NCBI RefSeq assembly: GCF_020036995.1
Contig: NZ_JAIQDD010000010.1
Location: 225,433 to 289,432 of the forward strand
Reading direction: 5' to 3'
From: Corallococcus sp. AS-1-12
Lineage (GTDB): Bacteria > Myxococcota > Myxococcia > Myxococcales > Myxococcaceae
Length of the DNA: 64,000 bases
Shown here: positions 55,198 to 64,000 of the stretch, piece by piece
Layout of the letters: every line of letters begins with the position of its first letter
Position numbering within the stretch: the stretch's first letter is position 1
Position numbers and translations under genes: made by a program
The notes under the pieces: model-generated
Told to the model about the DNA's origin: nothing
Seen by the model: only the letters and a program-made list of their open reading frames with translations
Database searches by the model: none

Positions 55198-57108
55198 ATG
55201 AACCGCTCAATCCTGCTGAAGAGCGCGTGGTGCGCCCTGCTGGTGCCCCTGCTGTCCTGCAACCTCCTCAAGGTCACTGACGACGAGGGGTCCACGACGG
55301 GCCGCGGTGCCAAGCGGTTCGACCCCTACCAGGGCCTCAACTCCGGCGCGATCCGGCTGAGCCTCCAGTACATCAACGGCTGCGCCTTCCTGCCCAACGG
55401 GCAGATGGTGGCGAAGAACAGCGTGACCCCGGGGTATCCGGACACGTGCATCACGCCGCTCGCGCAGGACCCGCTGACGCTGTCGCCTCCCACCGGGACG
55501 CTGCAGATCCTGTCGGACACGCAGTACTTCCTGAACCAGTTCTCCGTGTCGGAGACCGTGGTCAACCAGCACAACAACCCCAACGACCAGACCGCCGCGC
55601 TGGCGTGGATCAAGAACCAGTCCGTGTTCTCCGGCCTGGACTGGACCAACGTCAACCAGGGCCCGGACGAGTGGAGCTTCTACAGCCTCGCGGGCGCGGT
55701 GGAGGACTGCTGGACCCGCGAGGTGCAGTTCGGCAACGCGAACTGGCAGAAGGTGAAGGACGACACCATCACCGTGGAGGTGCTGGACGAGACGGGCACC
55801 CCGCGCGCGAGCCAGACGTACCTGCGCTCGGAGCTGCTGGCCTCCTCGCCCTACGCCGGCCACAGCCGCTTCTCCTGGCGCTCGGAGAACCTGAAGCCGC
55901 CGCGCTTCCCTGGCGACAAGGACCCCGGCACCGTGACGGGCTTCGCGGGCGGCCTGGACCAGAGCGCCATCACGCGCACCATCGCGCGCGTGGACTGGGT
56001 GGGCAGCACCAACCCCTTCAAGGTGCTGCGCGTGCCGCGCCTGTCGGGCCCCGGCGCGCTCCGGGCCACCTGGAGCCAGTTGCCGGACAAGCCGTTCTAC
56101 TTCCCCGTCACGTACATCATCCCGGATGACCGCCCGTCCACCTGCACGGACGACGCCGGCAACCCGGTGCAGTGCAGCCCGGGCCTGGACTCGCGGCTGG
56201 TGTTCTCGCCCCCGAAGGAGGGCAGCTTCTACAAGCCCGGCGAGGACGTGAGCGTCTACGTGGACCTGCGCGACAGCGCGGGCGCGCACCTGCACTCGCG
56301 CGACCTGCTGCCCAGCGCGCGGGAGATCATCGGCGGCCAGTCCAACGGCATCCAGACCTTCGTCCCCAACGTCATCGCGACCGTCACGGAGAACGACTCC
56401 ATCTCCAACGTGGCCATCGCCGGTCCCATCCAGGACCTGAAGGTGCTGGGCAACCCCAGCGACAAGCCCGAGTTCTTCGCGCGGCCGTTCCCGTTCGCCA
56501 TGCTGGATGACGCCACGCTCACGGGGCTGACGCCGGGCCTCATCGACTACAAGTGGCCCACCCGCCAGACGTTCACGCTGCCCGCGAACGCGAAGCCGGG
56601 CACCTACGTGGCGCTGGTGAAGTTCAACCGCGCGGCCCTGGGCGAGCGCGTCGCCAAGCTGAACCCCTTCTTCTTCCAGGTGGGCCAGGACGAGCCCACG
56701 ACGTACCCGGGCAACGTGGGCAACTGCCAGATCTGCCACCGCGGCGTGCTGTCGCTGGACAACCTGCGCCACGGCCTGTCGGTGGACCACATCGAGAGCT
56801 GCAAGGTCTGCCACCACTACGACACGGACACGGTGGGCCGCACGCAGGAGATGGTGCACCGCATCCACATGAACTCGCCCAGCTACCCGGCGAACCGCGC
56901 GGACTGCACCGTGTGCCACCTGACGCGCAAGAGCACGGAGCGGCCCAGCCTGGCGCTGTGCGGCTCGTGCCACATCTCCCAGCACGGGGACGAGTTCTTC
57001 CAGATCGCCTTCAACCAGCGCGGCACGCCCAGCCGGTTCGGCAACTGCGCGCAGACCTGCCACGGCGGCGAGCAGCTCCCCGCCCGACACATCCTCCCCG
57101 CGAAGTAG
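55198..57108 (+). CDS. Multiheme c-type cytochrome lipoprotein (5 heme-binding motifs clustered in the C-terminal 140 aa; large N-terminal non-heme domain)
   Basis: Lipobox PLLSC. Heme motifs CQICH, CKVCH, CTVCH, CGSCH and a CX3CH (CAQTCH). Confidence 0.8.
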   Translation: MNRSILLKSAWCALLVPLLSCNLLKVTDDEGSTTGRGAKRFDPYQGLNSGAIRLSLQYINGCAFLPNGQMVAKNSVTPGYPDTCITPLAQDPLTLSPPTGTLQILSDTQYFLNQFSVSETVVNQHNNPNDQTAALAWIKNQSVFSGLDWTNVNQGPDEWSFYSLAGAVEDCWTREVQFGNANWQKVKDDTITVEVLDETGTPRASQTYLRSELLASSPYAGHSRFSWRSENLKPPRFPGDKDPGTVTGFAGGLDQSAITRTIARVDWVGSTNPFKVLRVPRLSGPGALRATWSQLPDKPFYFPVTYIIPDDRPSTCTDDAGNPVQCSPGLDSRLVFSPPKEGSFYKPGEDVSVYVDLRDSAGAHLHSRDLLPSAREIIGGQSNGIQTFVPNVIATVTENDSISNVAIAGPIQDLKVLGNPSDKPEFFARPFPFAMLDDATLTGLTPGLIDYKWPTRQTFTLPANAKPGTYVALVKFNRAALGERVAKLNPFFFQVGQDEPTTYPGNVGNCQICHRGVLSLDNLRHGLSVDHIESCKVCHHYDTDTVGRTQEMVHRIHMNSPSYPANRADCTVCHLTRKSTERPSLALCGSCHISQHGDEFFQIAFNQRGTPSRFGNCAQTCHGGEQLPARHILPAK

Positions 57109-57123
57109 GGGAAGCACCCCGCC

Positions 57124-58245
57124 ATGCAAAGAGCTCTCTTCGTCGGAACGCTCCTCGGCGCGGCCCTGCTGAACGCGGGCTGCCAGGACTCCACCAACCC
57201 CGCGGCGTCCACCTTCACGCCGCGCCCCACGTATGAGAACCGCGAGCCGGAGGGCCTCACCTCCCGCGTGACGGGCTTCACCGTGGATCCGGAGGCCTAC
57301 TTCCTCAACCTGGCCAACTGCGCGCCGCCGCCCGCGCAGTGCGCGCTGCCGCCGCTGTACGCGGAGTTCAGCCCGCTCCTGCAGCGCGCGGTGGTGCGCA
57401 ACGCGCCCATCACCCTGCAGGACACGCAGCCGGACCCCGCCACGGGCCAGCCGCCCGCGCCGGGCGCGCCCACGGTGTCGGACGCCAACGGCATCTGGAC
57501 CCTGGACAAGGTGCCCACCCGCCGGGGCGCGCCGTTCCTCGTGCTGTCGCTGGGAGGGCAGGCCACGCTGGCCAACAACGCCACGTTGCCGCTGCCGCCT
57601 CCGCTGCCGACGCTGCCTCCCGTGCCGGAGGGCAACTATGTCCCCACGCTGACGGTGCGGCCGGTGGTGCCCGCGCACAGCGCCTGCGTGGGCCTGGAGG
57701 CCCTGCAGATGAGCGACAAGGGCATCCTGGAGGCGGTCGCGAAGTCCCTGACCGCCGAGGGCACGCCCACCACGGTGGCGGACCTGCTCAACCCGGCCCG
57801 CTTCGGCGGCGTGACGGTGTTCTGGATGTACCGGCCGGGCTTCCCCGTGTTCCGCGTGCCGGCGGCGAACACCACCGTGACGGCCACCTCCGGCCGCGTG
57901 CTGAACGTCGAGTGGGCGCCCCCGGGCGCGCTGCCGCCGGCGCTGGCGCCGTTCCAGTCCACGCGCGGCTTCTTCATCCCGCCGGGGCCGCCGGCGCCCG
58001 ACAGCTCCCTGGGCATCGTCGCCGTCGTCCACCCGCCGCTGATGGGGCCGCCGCCCGTGGTCCACTACGAGGCGAAGGACGTCACCACGAGCGACCCGGA
58101 AGGACGCCCCTGGTCGCTGATGCAGCCGGTGGACCTCCCCGTCATCCCGGGGGTCGTGACGTTCGCCGGCCTCCAGTTGGTCAGCAAGACGCCGTCCTCG
58201 ACGCCCCAGATTCCCCCGCCCAGCACCTGCCTGCCGGGCCAGTAG
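57124..58245 (+). CDS. Pro-rich lipoprotein, hypothetical (373 aa)
   Basis: Lipobox LLNAGC. Sixteen nt after the pentaheme gene and codirectional with it. Confidence 0.6.
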   Translation: MQRALFVGTLLGAALLNAGCQDSTNPAASTFTPRPTYENREPEGLTSRVTGFTVDPEAYFLNLANCAPPPAQCALPPLYAEFSPLLQRAVVRNAPITLQDTQPDPATGQPPAPGAPTVSDANGIWTLDKVPTRRGAPFLVLSLGGQATLANNATLPLPPPLPTLPPVPEGNYVPTLTVRPVVPAHSACVGLEALQMSDKGILEAVAKSLTAEGTPTTVADLLNPARFGGVTVFWMYRPGFPVFRVPAANTTVTATSGRVLNVEWAPPGALPPALAPFQSTRGFFIPPGPPAPDSSLGIVAVVHPPLMGPPPVVHYEAKDVTTSDPEGRPWSLMQPVDLPVIPGVVTFAGLQLVSKTPSSTPQIPPPSTCLPGQ

Positions 58246-58344
58246 CCGCCTCACCCGTCCCAACGCCGGCGCTCCCTCCACGCCTCCCCGTGGTGCGGAC
58301 GGAGCGCCGTGTGCCGTCCCCGTTCATCCGGAGAAGCGTTCCCC

Positions 58345-59598
58345 ATGATGAAGAAGATCCTGATCGCCATTGGTGCGTTGGTCGCCCTGGTCCTGATTGG
58401 CGCGGGCACCGCCATGGGCGTGGCCAGCCACAAGATCAACAAGTCGTATGACTACGTCGCGCTGCCCAACATCACGCGAGACAGCTCTCCGGAGGGCATT
58501 GCCCGCGGTGAGCAGGTGTTCCGCGCGGTGTGCGCGGAGTGTCACGCGGGCGGTGGCAACACCAAGCCCACGGGCGTGCAGATGCACGACTTCCCGCCGG
58601 AGCTGGGCACGTTCTACTCGGCGAACATCACCTCCGACCCGGAGAAGGGCGTGGGGGCCTGGACGGACCAGGAGATCGCCCGCATGGTGATCAACTCCAT
58701 CGACAAGAACCACCACGTGCGCCCCATGCCCGCGTTCCCCAACATGGGCGACAAGGACCTGGCGGCGGTCATCGGGTTCATGCGCTCGGGGCACCCGGAC
58801 TTCGCGCCGGAGAAGACCCAGCCGCCGCGCTCCACGCTGACCCCCATGGGCCGGATGGTGTTCTCCTTCGCCATGGGCATCAACGACAAGGGCCGCACGG
58901 AGGAGGTGCCCGTGCCCGCGAAGGCGGCGGACTCCGTGGAGTACGGCCGCTACGTGTCCGCCAGCGTCTACGACTGCGTCTTCTGCCACTCGCCGGGCTT
59001 CGAGGGCAGCGCGGCGAAGATGAAGAACCCGGACACCGTGCTGAGCGGCGGCTTCGAGTTCGACCTGACGCCGCTGGGCGGCGAGGGCAAGCTGCTGTCG
59101 CCCAACATCACCGTCAGCGAGACGGCCGGCATCGGCAAGTGGACGCTGGACGAGTTCAAGCACGCCATGCGCACGGGCGTGACGCCCGCGGGCCACATCC
59201 TGCGCGCGCCCATGCCCAAGTACCGCTACGCGGACGACGTGGAGCTCACGGCCATCTACACCTTCCTGCGCTCCATGAAGCCCAACGACACCGTGGTGCC
59301 GCCTCCCGCCGGTGGCCGCCCCAAGGCGGAGCCCTCCAACGACCCGGAGAAGATGTTCAGCTCCCTGGGCTGCGCGACCTGCCACGCCCCCGGCAAGCCC
59401 TACGAGGCCAAGCTCCAGGGCGCCAAGGGCAAGGCCCCGGAGGAAGTGGCCAAGTGGATCCGCAACCCGGAGTCCTTCAAGCCCGGCACGCAGATGCCCA
59501 CCTACGAGTCGCTCGTCGACGAGACCAACGCCCTGGCGCTGGCGAAGTACGTCCTGGGCAGGACGGGCGGCACCGTGAGTGAAGGCACCACGCCCTGA
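58345..59598 (+). CDS. Membrane-anchored triheme cytochrome c (three class-I cytochrome c domains; resembles cytochrome subunits of membrane-bound dehydrogenases)
   Basis: N-terminal TM KKILIAIGALVALVLIGAG. Motifs CAECH, CVFCH and CATCH, each followed by a Met-containing distal region (PMPAF, MPKY, QMPTY). ATG at 58345. Confidence 0.85.
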   Translation: MMKKILIAIGALVALVLIGAGTAMGVASHKINKSYDYVALPNITRDSSPEGIARGEQVFRAVCAECHAGGGNTKPTGVQMHDFPPELGTFYSANITSDPEKGVGAWTDQEIARMVINSIDKNHHVRPMPAFPNMGDKDLAAVIGFMRSGHPDFAPEKTQPPRSTLTPMGRMVFSFAMGINDKGRTEEVPVPAKAADSVEYGRYVSASVYDCVFCHSPGFEGSAAKMKNPDTVLSGGFEFDLTPLGGEGKLLSPNITVSETAGIGKWTLDEFKHAMRTGVTPAGHILRAPMPKYRYADDVELTAIYTFLRSMKPNDTVVPPPAGGRPKAEPSNDPEKMFSSLGCATCHAPGKPYEAKLQGAKGKAPEEVAKWIRNPESFKPGTQMPTYESLVDETNALALAKYVLGRTGGTVSEGTTP

Positions 59599-59756
59599 GC
59601 TTGACGGCGGTGTGACAAAGGCCCCCGCGTGAGTGTCAACACGCGGGGGGCCCGTGAAACATCACGTTTCTTCCGGGGGGGCGGGAGTCACAGGAAGTAC
59701 AGGTTGGTATAAGCTTTCATGTGAAGTCGTTCCCCCACCCCGTGGAGCGTCATTCC

Positions 59757-60719
59757 ATGAATGTTTCATCCGCCTCCCCCTCGGCACACCGGACGCAGTC
59801 CCCCCAGCCGCTTCACCTCCACGAGACGAAGCACCCGGACGCGCAGGGCCCCATCCGGTTGGATGACGTGCTCTGGAACCCGGTCAACGCGGAGGAGGCG
59901 CTGGAAGGGCTGGAGAAGATCCTCGCCCGGCTGAACGCGCGGAATGACTCACGCGCCATCTTCCTGGACATCTACGCCATCGTCACGCGCAAGGTCGTCC
60001 ACCTGCTGAGCCGGGAGGACGCGGGCGGCTTCCTCGAACCCGAGTGGCTGTCGCATTTGACGGGCCGCTTCGCGGAGGAGGCGCTCATCGCGGTGCGGGA
60101 CTCGCTGAGGAACCTGCCGCTGCCCACCGCGGCGTGGCGCTTCGCGACGCACTACCCGGCGCAGGGCCTGACGCAGCCGTACCAGGACGCGCTCCTGGGC
60201 GTGAGCGCGCACATCAACCACGACCTGGGAATGGTCGTCTACGACAACATCGCCCACCAGTCGCCGCCGGTGGACGCGCGCCGCCTGGCTCGCTACCGGC
60301 ATGACTACTTCCACGTGAACGAGATCCTCCGCTCGTGCATCCCGGAGTGCCTGGACCTGCTCGCGGAGCGCTACCGGTGCGCGTCCACGCGGCTGCTGCT
60401 GCGCGTGCCCTTCAGCCGCCCCGTGGTGGAGCGGGCGGTGATGCAGATGCTCATCGTGTGGCGGCAGCGCGTCTGGGACAACGTCGTCGCGATGCTGGAG
60501 GCGCAGACGCCCGAGGAGCACCAGGCCGTCGTGGAGCGCGTGCGCACCACGTCCGGCCGCATCGCGCAGGCGCTGTGCGCGGACAAGGCGCTCTGGTGGA
60601 CGGTGCGCGGCGAGTCTCCGCCGTTCAGCCTGGACCTGCCGCCGGAGGCGTGGCCCGGCGTGGTGCCGCCTCCGGAGCCCGGGCCGGACGCGGACGCGAG
60701 CGCTGCCCGCGCCGGCTAG
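59757..60719 (+). CDS. Hypothetical protein (~320 aa), His-rich helical protein of unknown function
   Basis: ORF track 59721..60719 (GTG). The in-frame ATG at 59757 (MNVSSASP) is preferred. No domain recognised. Confidence 0.5.
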   Translation: MNVSSASPSAHRTQSPQPLHLHETKHPDAQGPIRLDDVLWNPVNAEEALEGLEKILARLNARNDSRAIFLDIYAIVTRKVVHLLSREDAGGFLEPEWLSHLTGRFAEEALIAVRDSLRNLPLPTAAWRFATHYPAQGLTQPYQDALLGVSAHINHDLGMVVYDNIAHQSPPVDARRLARYRHDYFHVNEILRSCIPECLDLLAERYRCASTRLLLRVPFSRPVVERAVMQMLIVWRQRVWDNVVAMLEAQTPEEHQAVVERVRTTSGRIAQALCADKALWWTVRGESPPFSLDLPPEAWPGVVPPPEPGPDADASAARAG

Positions 60720-60730
60720 CAGGGCCGCCT

Positions 60731-62128
60731 TCAGGAGGGCGTGACTCCGGCCACGAGGTAGAAGCGCACCTGGCCGGAGTTGACGGCGTAGGCGACGTCC
60801 ACGCCCAGCAGGGGCAGCACGACGTTGTTGAGGTACAGCCGCAGGCCCGCGCCCACGCCCTGGGCCACGGTGACGGGGTTCTGGCCCGTGAGGGTCTCCC
60901 GCAGGTAGTCGCGGATGACGCGCCCGTTGGCGTCGCGGAGGACTCCATCCTCGGGGACGTCCCACCACGCGATGGCGCCCGTGTCGGAGAAGGCCACGCC
61001 CCGGAAGGCCAGCGACTGCACCTTGAAGAGGGGGAAGTGGTACTCGGCCGTGAAGGTGAGGCGGGTGTCGCCGCGGAACTGCCGGTACTGGAAGCCGCGC
61101 AGCGTGGTGCCGCCCATCACCAGCTCCTGGTGGAAGGGCAGGTCCCGGCCCAGGGCCAGCTCGCCGCGCAGCACCAGGTTGTGCTCCGTGAAGAAGCGGA
61201 TGCCGTGGCGGTAGAGCAGGCCGAACTTGCGGTAGTCGAACTCGCTCCACACGCCCGGGGTGGAGACCTCGTAGGAGGCCTCCAGGTTGAGCCCCTCCGT
61301 CACCGCGTGCAGCGTCTGGCGCGAGTCCAGGCCCACCATGAGGCGCAGCGACGTGTCCCGCATGGCGGGGCCGGTGGAGAAGGGCGGCACCGTCACCGGC
61401 ATCTTGGGGTCCGGCGCCTTCGCGTCGATGCTGGCCAGGCGGTACTTCGCCGCCGCGCGCACGCGCTCGAAGAGGATGAAGCCCAGCTCGGAGCTGAGGG
61501 ACGCGGAGTTGAAGCGCGTGCGCCGCAGGATCTCCGGGTCGTCCTCGCTGGCGTCCATGCTGTACTCGTCCACGCGGTCGCTCTTGAGCTGCCCCTCCAG
61601 GCTGAACTTGAGCTGCGGCAGCCCGAAGAGGATGGGGTCCAGGAAGCCCACGTACAGGCCGCTCTCGCCGGTGCTCACCTGCGCCGCGACGGCGAACTTC
61701 TTCGCGCGGCCGCCCAGGTTGTTCTCCGCGTAGAGCAGCCCGCCGCCGGTGTTCGCGGAGGACAGGGCCACCGTGGGCGCCACCACCCACGACGCCTTGT
61801 CCTTCACGCGCAGCACCAGCCGCACGCGCCCGTCGGGCATCGGCTCCGTGCTCACGCGGGCGTCCTGGAAGAGGCCCGTGGCCAGCAGGCGCCGCTTCAC
61901 CTTCTCCAGCTCCTCGTCGTCCACCTCGTCGCCCACGTCCACCTTGCCGAACGAGCGCACCGTCGAGGACCGCGTCTTGTTCGCGCCCTCCACCGTCACG
62001 TCCCCGACCTCCGAGCGTTGGGAGGTGGACACGGGCGTGTCCTCGTCGGCGTGGGCCACGGCGGCCCCCAGGCCCGTCAGGGCCAGGGCGAGGACGGACA
62101 GGTGACGGCGCAGGCAGGAGAGACGCAC
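60731..62128 (-). CDS. Omp85-superfamily outer-membrane protein (BamA/TamA-like: POTRA plus 16-strand bacterial-surface-antigen barrel)
   Basis: C-terminal barrel ending ...VRFYLVAGVTPS (aromatic/hydrophobic terminus). Signal peptide VRLSCLRRHLSVLALALTGLGAAVAHA from the GTG at 62128. The upstream part of the ORF track is an unsupported extension. Confidence 0.7.
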   Translation of the reverse strand: MRLSCLRRHLSVLALALTGLGAAVAHADEDTPVSTSQRSEVGDVTVEGANKTRSSTVRSFGKVDVGDEVDDEELEKVKRRLLATGLFQDARVSTEPMPDGRVRLVLRVKDKASWVVAPTVALSSANTGGGLLYAENNLGGRAKKFAVAAQVSTGESGLYVGFLDPILFGLPQLKFSLEGQLKSDRVDEYSMDASEDDPEILRRTRFNSASLSSELGFILFERVRAAAKYRLASIDAKAPDPKMPVTVPPFSTGPAMRDTSLRLMVGLDSRQTLHAVTEGLNLEASYEVSTPGVWSEFDYRKFGLLYRHGIRFFTEHNLVLRGELALGRDLPFHQELVMGGTTLRGFQYRQFRGDTRLTFTAEYHFPLFKVQSLAFRGVAFSDTGAIAWWDVPEDGVLRDANGRVIRDYLRETLTGQNPVTVAQGVGAGLRLYLNNVVLPLLGVDVAYAVNSGQVRFYLVAGVTPS

Positions 62129-62306
62129 GCACCGCTCATACTCCACGGGCCTCGGGCCCTGGTTGTTCCGGCGTGCGGCGAACGGCGCGTGCGCGCGATG
62201 CTCAACGTTCCGCGCCCGGCTCAACCTGGCGGCGGCTTGCCGTGCGCCCTGGAGAACAATCGCCTTCGGACGGGCGTCCCGGCGCCAGACGTATTATGTT
62301 CATCAT

Positions 62307-62816
62307 ATGGATGTGCAGCCATCCGGAAGGGACGCGGGCATGGCATCGACGGACGAGGGCGGGCGCCAGGAGCTGTTCCTGGACGACCTGTCGGTGGGGC
62401 AGAAGTTCACCAGCGGTACGCACACGCTGGACGCGGCGCAGATCATCGCCTTCGCGCGGGAGTTCGATCCGCAGGGCTTCCACCTGGACGACGCCGCGGC
62501 GAAGGACACGCTGTTCGAGGGGCTCGCGGCGAGCGGCTGGCACACGGCGGCCCTCACCATGAAGCTCAACGTCCAGAGCGGCCTGCCCTTCAAGGGCGGC
62601 ATCGTGGGGGCGGGCGGGGAGCTGCGCTGGCCCAGGCCCACGCGCCCGGGGGACGTCCTTCACGTGGAGAGCGAGGTGCTGGAGATCATCTCCTCGCGCA
62701 CGCGGCAGGACCGGGGCATCGCCACCGTGCGCAGCGAGACGCGCAACCAGAGGGGCGACGTGGTGCAGGTGCTCATCGCGAAGCTGGTGCTGCCCCGCCG
62801 CCCGGTGGGCGGGTGA
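62307..62816 (+). CDS. MaoC-like (R)-specific enoyl-CoA hydratase / hot-dog fold dehydratase
   Basis: Hot-dog signature ...DPQGFHLDDAAA...GGIVGAGG..., about 160 aa. Alternative ATG at 62340. Confidence 0.8.
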   Translation: MDVQPSGRDAGMASTDEGGRQELFLDDLSVGQKFTSGTHTLDAAQIIAFAREFDPQGFHLDDAAAKDTLFEGLAASGWHTAALTMKLNVQSGLPFKGGIVGAGGELRWPRPTRPGDVLHVESEVLEIISSRTRQDRGIATVRSETRNQRGDVVQVLIAKLVLPRRPVGG

Positions 62817-62910
62817 GCGGGACGGGACGCTTTGCGTCAGGGCGTGTGGAGGCTACGGTGCGCCCCGCATCGGCCGTGGTCCCCGTCCTGCTCCCGAGGA
62901 GTTCTTCCGC

Positions 62911-64000
62911 ATGTCCCGCGCCGCCCCCGACTTCGACCTGGCCTCCGTGGATGTGGAGGGCTTCTACCGGGAGCTGAAGGAGCTGAGAGCCCGGCTGGAC
63001 GCGAACCTGGGGGAGGCGGACGCGGCGCACCTGCGGAAGATGGAGCGCTGGGGGAAGGTGGCGTCGGCGCTGGGGCTGGCCACGGCGTGGATCGCCCCCA
63101 ACCCGCTCTCCGCGGTGGCGCTGGGGCTGGGGCGCTCCACGCGCTGGCTGCTCATGCACCACGTGGGGCACCGGGGCTATGACCGCGTGCCGGGCATGCC
63201 CGCGTCGCGCACCAGCAAGGGCTTCGCGAAGGGCCACCGCCGGTTCGTGGACTGGCTGGACTGGATGCTGCCGGAGGCGTGGGTCTTCGAGCACAACGTG
63301 CTGCACCACTCGCACACCGGCGAGGAGGCGGATCCGGACCTCCTGGAGCGCAACGCGGAGGGCTCGCTGCGCGACACCGGCCGGCCGCTGCCGCTGCGCT
63401 ACGTGCAGCTCGCGCTGCTGGCCGTCACCTGGCGCGCGAGCTACTACGCGCCGGAGACGCTGGGCTCGCTGCGCCGCAAGGGCCGGCGCGAGGGCGGGGC
63501 GCTGACGCGCGCGGAGCTGTGGGAGCTCTTCACGCGCTGCTACCTGCCGTACGCGACCGTCTTCTTCGGGCTGTACCCGGCGGCGTTCCTGCTGGTGTCG
63601 CCGTGGGCGGCGTTCAGCGTGTTCTGCAACTCCGTGCTGGCGGACGTCGTCACCAACCTGCACACGTTCTTCGTGGTGGGCCCCAACCACACCGGCGAGG
63701 ACCTGTACCGCTTCGACTCCGCGCCCGCGAACAAGGCGGAGCGCATGGTGCAGCAGGTGGTGGGCAGCGCGAACTACCGCACGGGCGGCGACCTCAACGA
63801 CTACGCCCACCTGTGGCTGAACTACCAGATCGAGCACCACCTCTGGCCGGACCTGCCGATGCTGAAGTACCGCGAGGCGCAGCCGCACGTGCGCGCCCTC
63901 TGCGAGAAGTACGGCATCCCCTACGTGCAGGAGAGCGTCTGGACGCGCGCGCGGAAGATGGTGGACGTCGTCGTGGGCAAGGCGTCCATGAAGCGGCTGG
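62911..64000 (+). CDS. Membrane fatty acid desaturase (FA_desaturase family), 3' end outside the window
   Basis: Not in the ORF track because it is open at the window end. Manual translation from the ATG at 62911 gives MSRAAPDFDL... with histidine boxes HHVGH, HNVLHH and EHHLW. Confidence 0.8.
   Translation, partial: MSRAAPDFDLASVDVEGFYRELKELRARLDANLGEADAAHLRKMERWGKVASALGLATAWIAPNPLSAVALGLGRSTRWLLMHHVGHRGYDRVPGMPASRTSKGFAKGHRRFVDWLDWMLPEAWVFEHNVLHHSHTGEEADPDLLERNAEGSLRDTGRPLPLRYVQLALLAVTWRASYYAPETLGSLRRKGRREGGALTRAELWELFTRCYLPYATVFFGLYPAAFLLVSPWAAFSVFCNSVLADVVTNLHTFFVVGPNHTGEDLYRFDSAPANKAERMVQQVVGSANYRTGGDLNDYAHLWLNYQIEHHLWPDLPMLKYREAQPHVRALCEKYGIPYVQESVWTRARKMVDVVVGKASMKRL

Noticed and set aside
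1-64000. Search for mobile elements, tRNA/rRNA genes, prophage, CRISPR or defence-island signatures
   Set aside because: I found no transposase, integrase or recombinase-like translation, no direct or inverted terminal repeat pairs, and no long non-coding stretch compatible with rRNA. The intergenic regions are short (<450 bp), and I saw no tRNA-like cloverleaf in them.

Overview
This is a high-GC window (~70% by eye) with gene content typical of a Myxococcales chromosome (Myxococcus/Corallococcus-like). Markers are an InhA-type M6 metalloprotease, Cys-rich lipoproteins, a PilZ protein, a Hanks kinase with a Pro/Ala-rich tail, TPR proteins and many long antisense 'shadow' ORFs. I call about 47 protein-coding genes. 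By eye I found no rRNA, tRNA, CRISPR array, transposase/integrase or phage gene. The window reads as chromosomal backbone with several lineage-specific islands rather than a mobile element.

Gene order is as follows. A 5'-truncated DEAD/DEAH helicase comes first, then a LysR HTH remnant, map, a YeiH-like transporter, a LysR regulator, mltG, a PAS/GAF histidine kinase and a hypothetical protein. Next come inhA (M6 protease), ppc, a hypothetical protein, a DUF2845 protein, an SGNH lipoprotein, a Cys-rich lipoprotein, a PilZ protein and a GNAT acetyltransferase. A 2-oxo-acid dehydrogenase E1 alpha/beta pair follows, with no E2 or E3 nearby. Then there is a tightly packed six-gene + strand block: HAMP-PP2C phosphatase, TPR protein, PhnD-like SBP, TonB-dependent receptor, a GHKL-like protein, and a Hanks Ser/Thr kinase with two STAS-like domains and Zn-ribbons. 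After that come a small Cys-rich ORF, a TIGR00725/LOG-like protein, a small membrane protein, and a 1434-aa tandem class III cyclase-homology/STAND NTPase/TPR protein. A lipid-tailoring-looking island follows: an acyl-CoA-type desaturase, a B12-binding radical SAM gene overlapping it at the 3' end, and a large polytopic membrane protein. Then come a DUF47/PiT phosphate transporter pair, a heme-oxygenase-like protein divergent from a second membrane desaturase, an M28 peptidase, a lipoprotein, an Slt-type lytic transglycosylase, menA and a small membrane protein. A cytochrome c island follows: a pentaheme lipoprotein, a lipoprotein and a triheme cytochrome c. The window ends with a hypothetical protein, an Omp85/BamA-like OMP, a MaoC dehydratase and a third desaturase truncated at the window end.

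The items most worth a second look are these:
- The PP2C / GHKL-like / STAS-kinase partner-switching-like logic, interleaved with an outer-membrane import set.
- The cytochrome c island next to menA.
- The radical SAM / desaturase / membrane-protein island, and the density of desaturase genes.
- The apparently degenerate second cyclase domain in the 1434-aa STAND protein.
- Shared AT-rich motifs in a few promoters.
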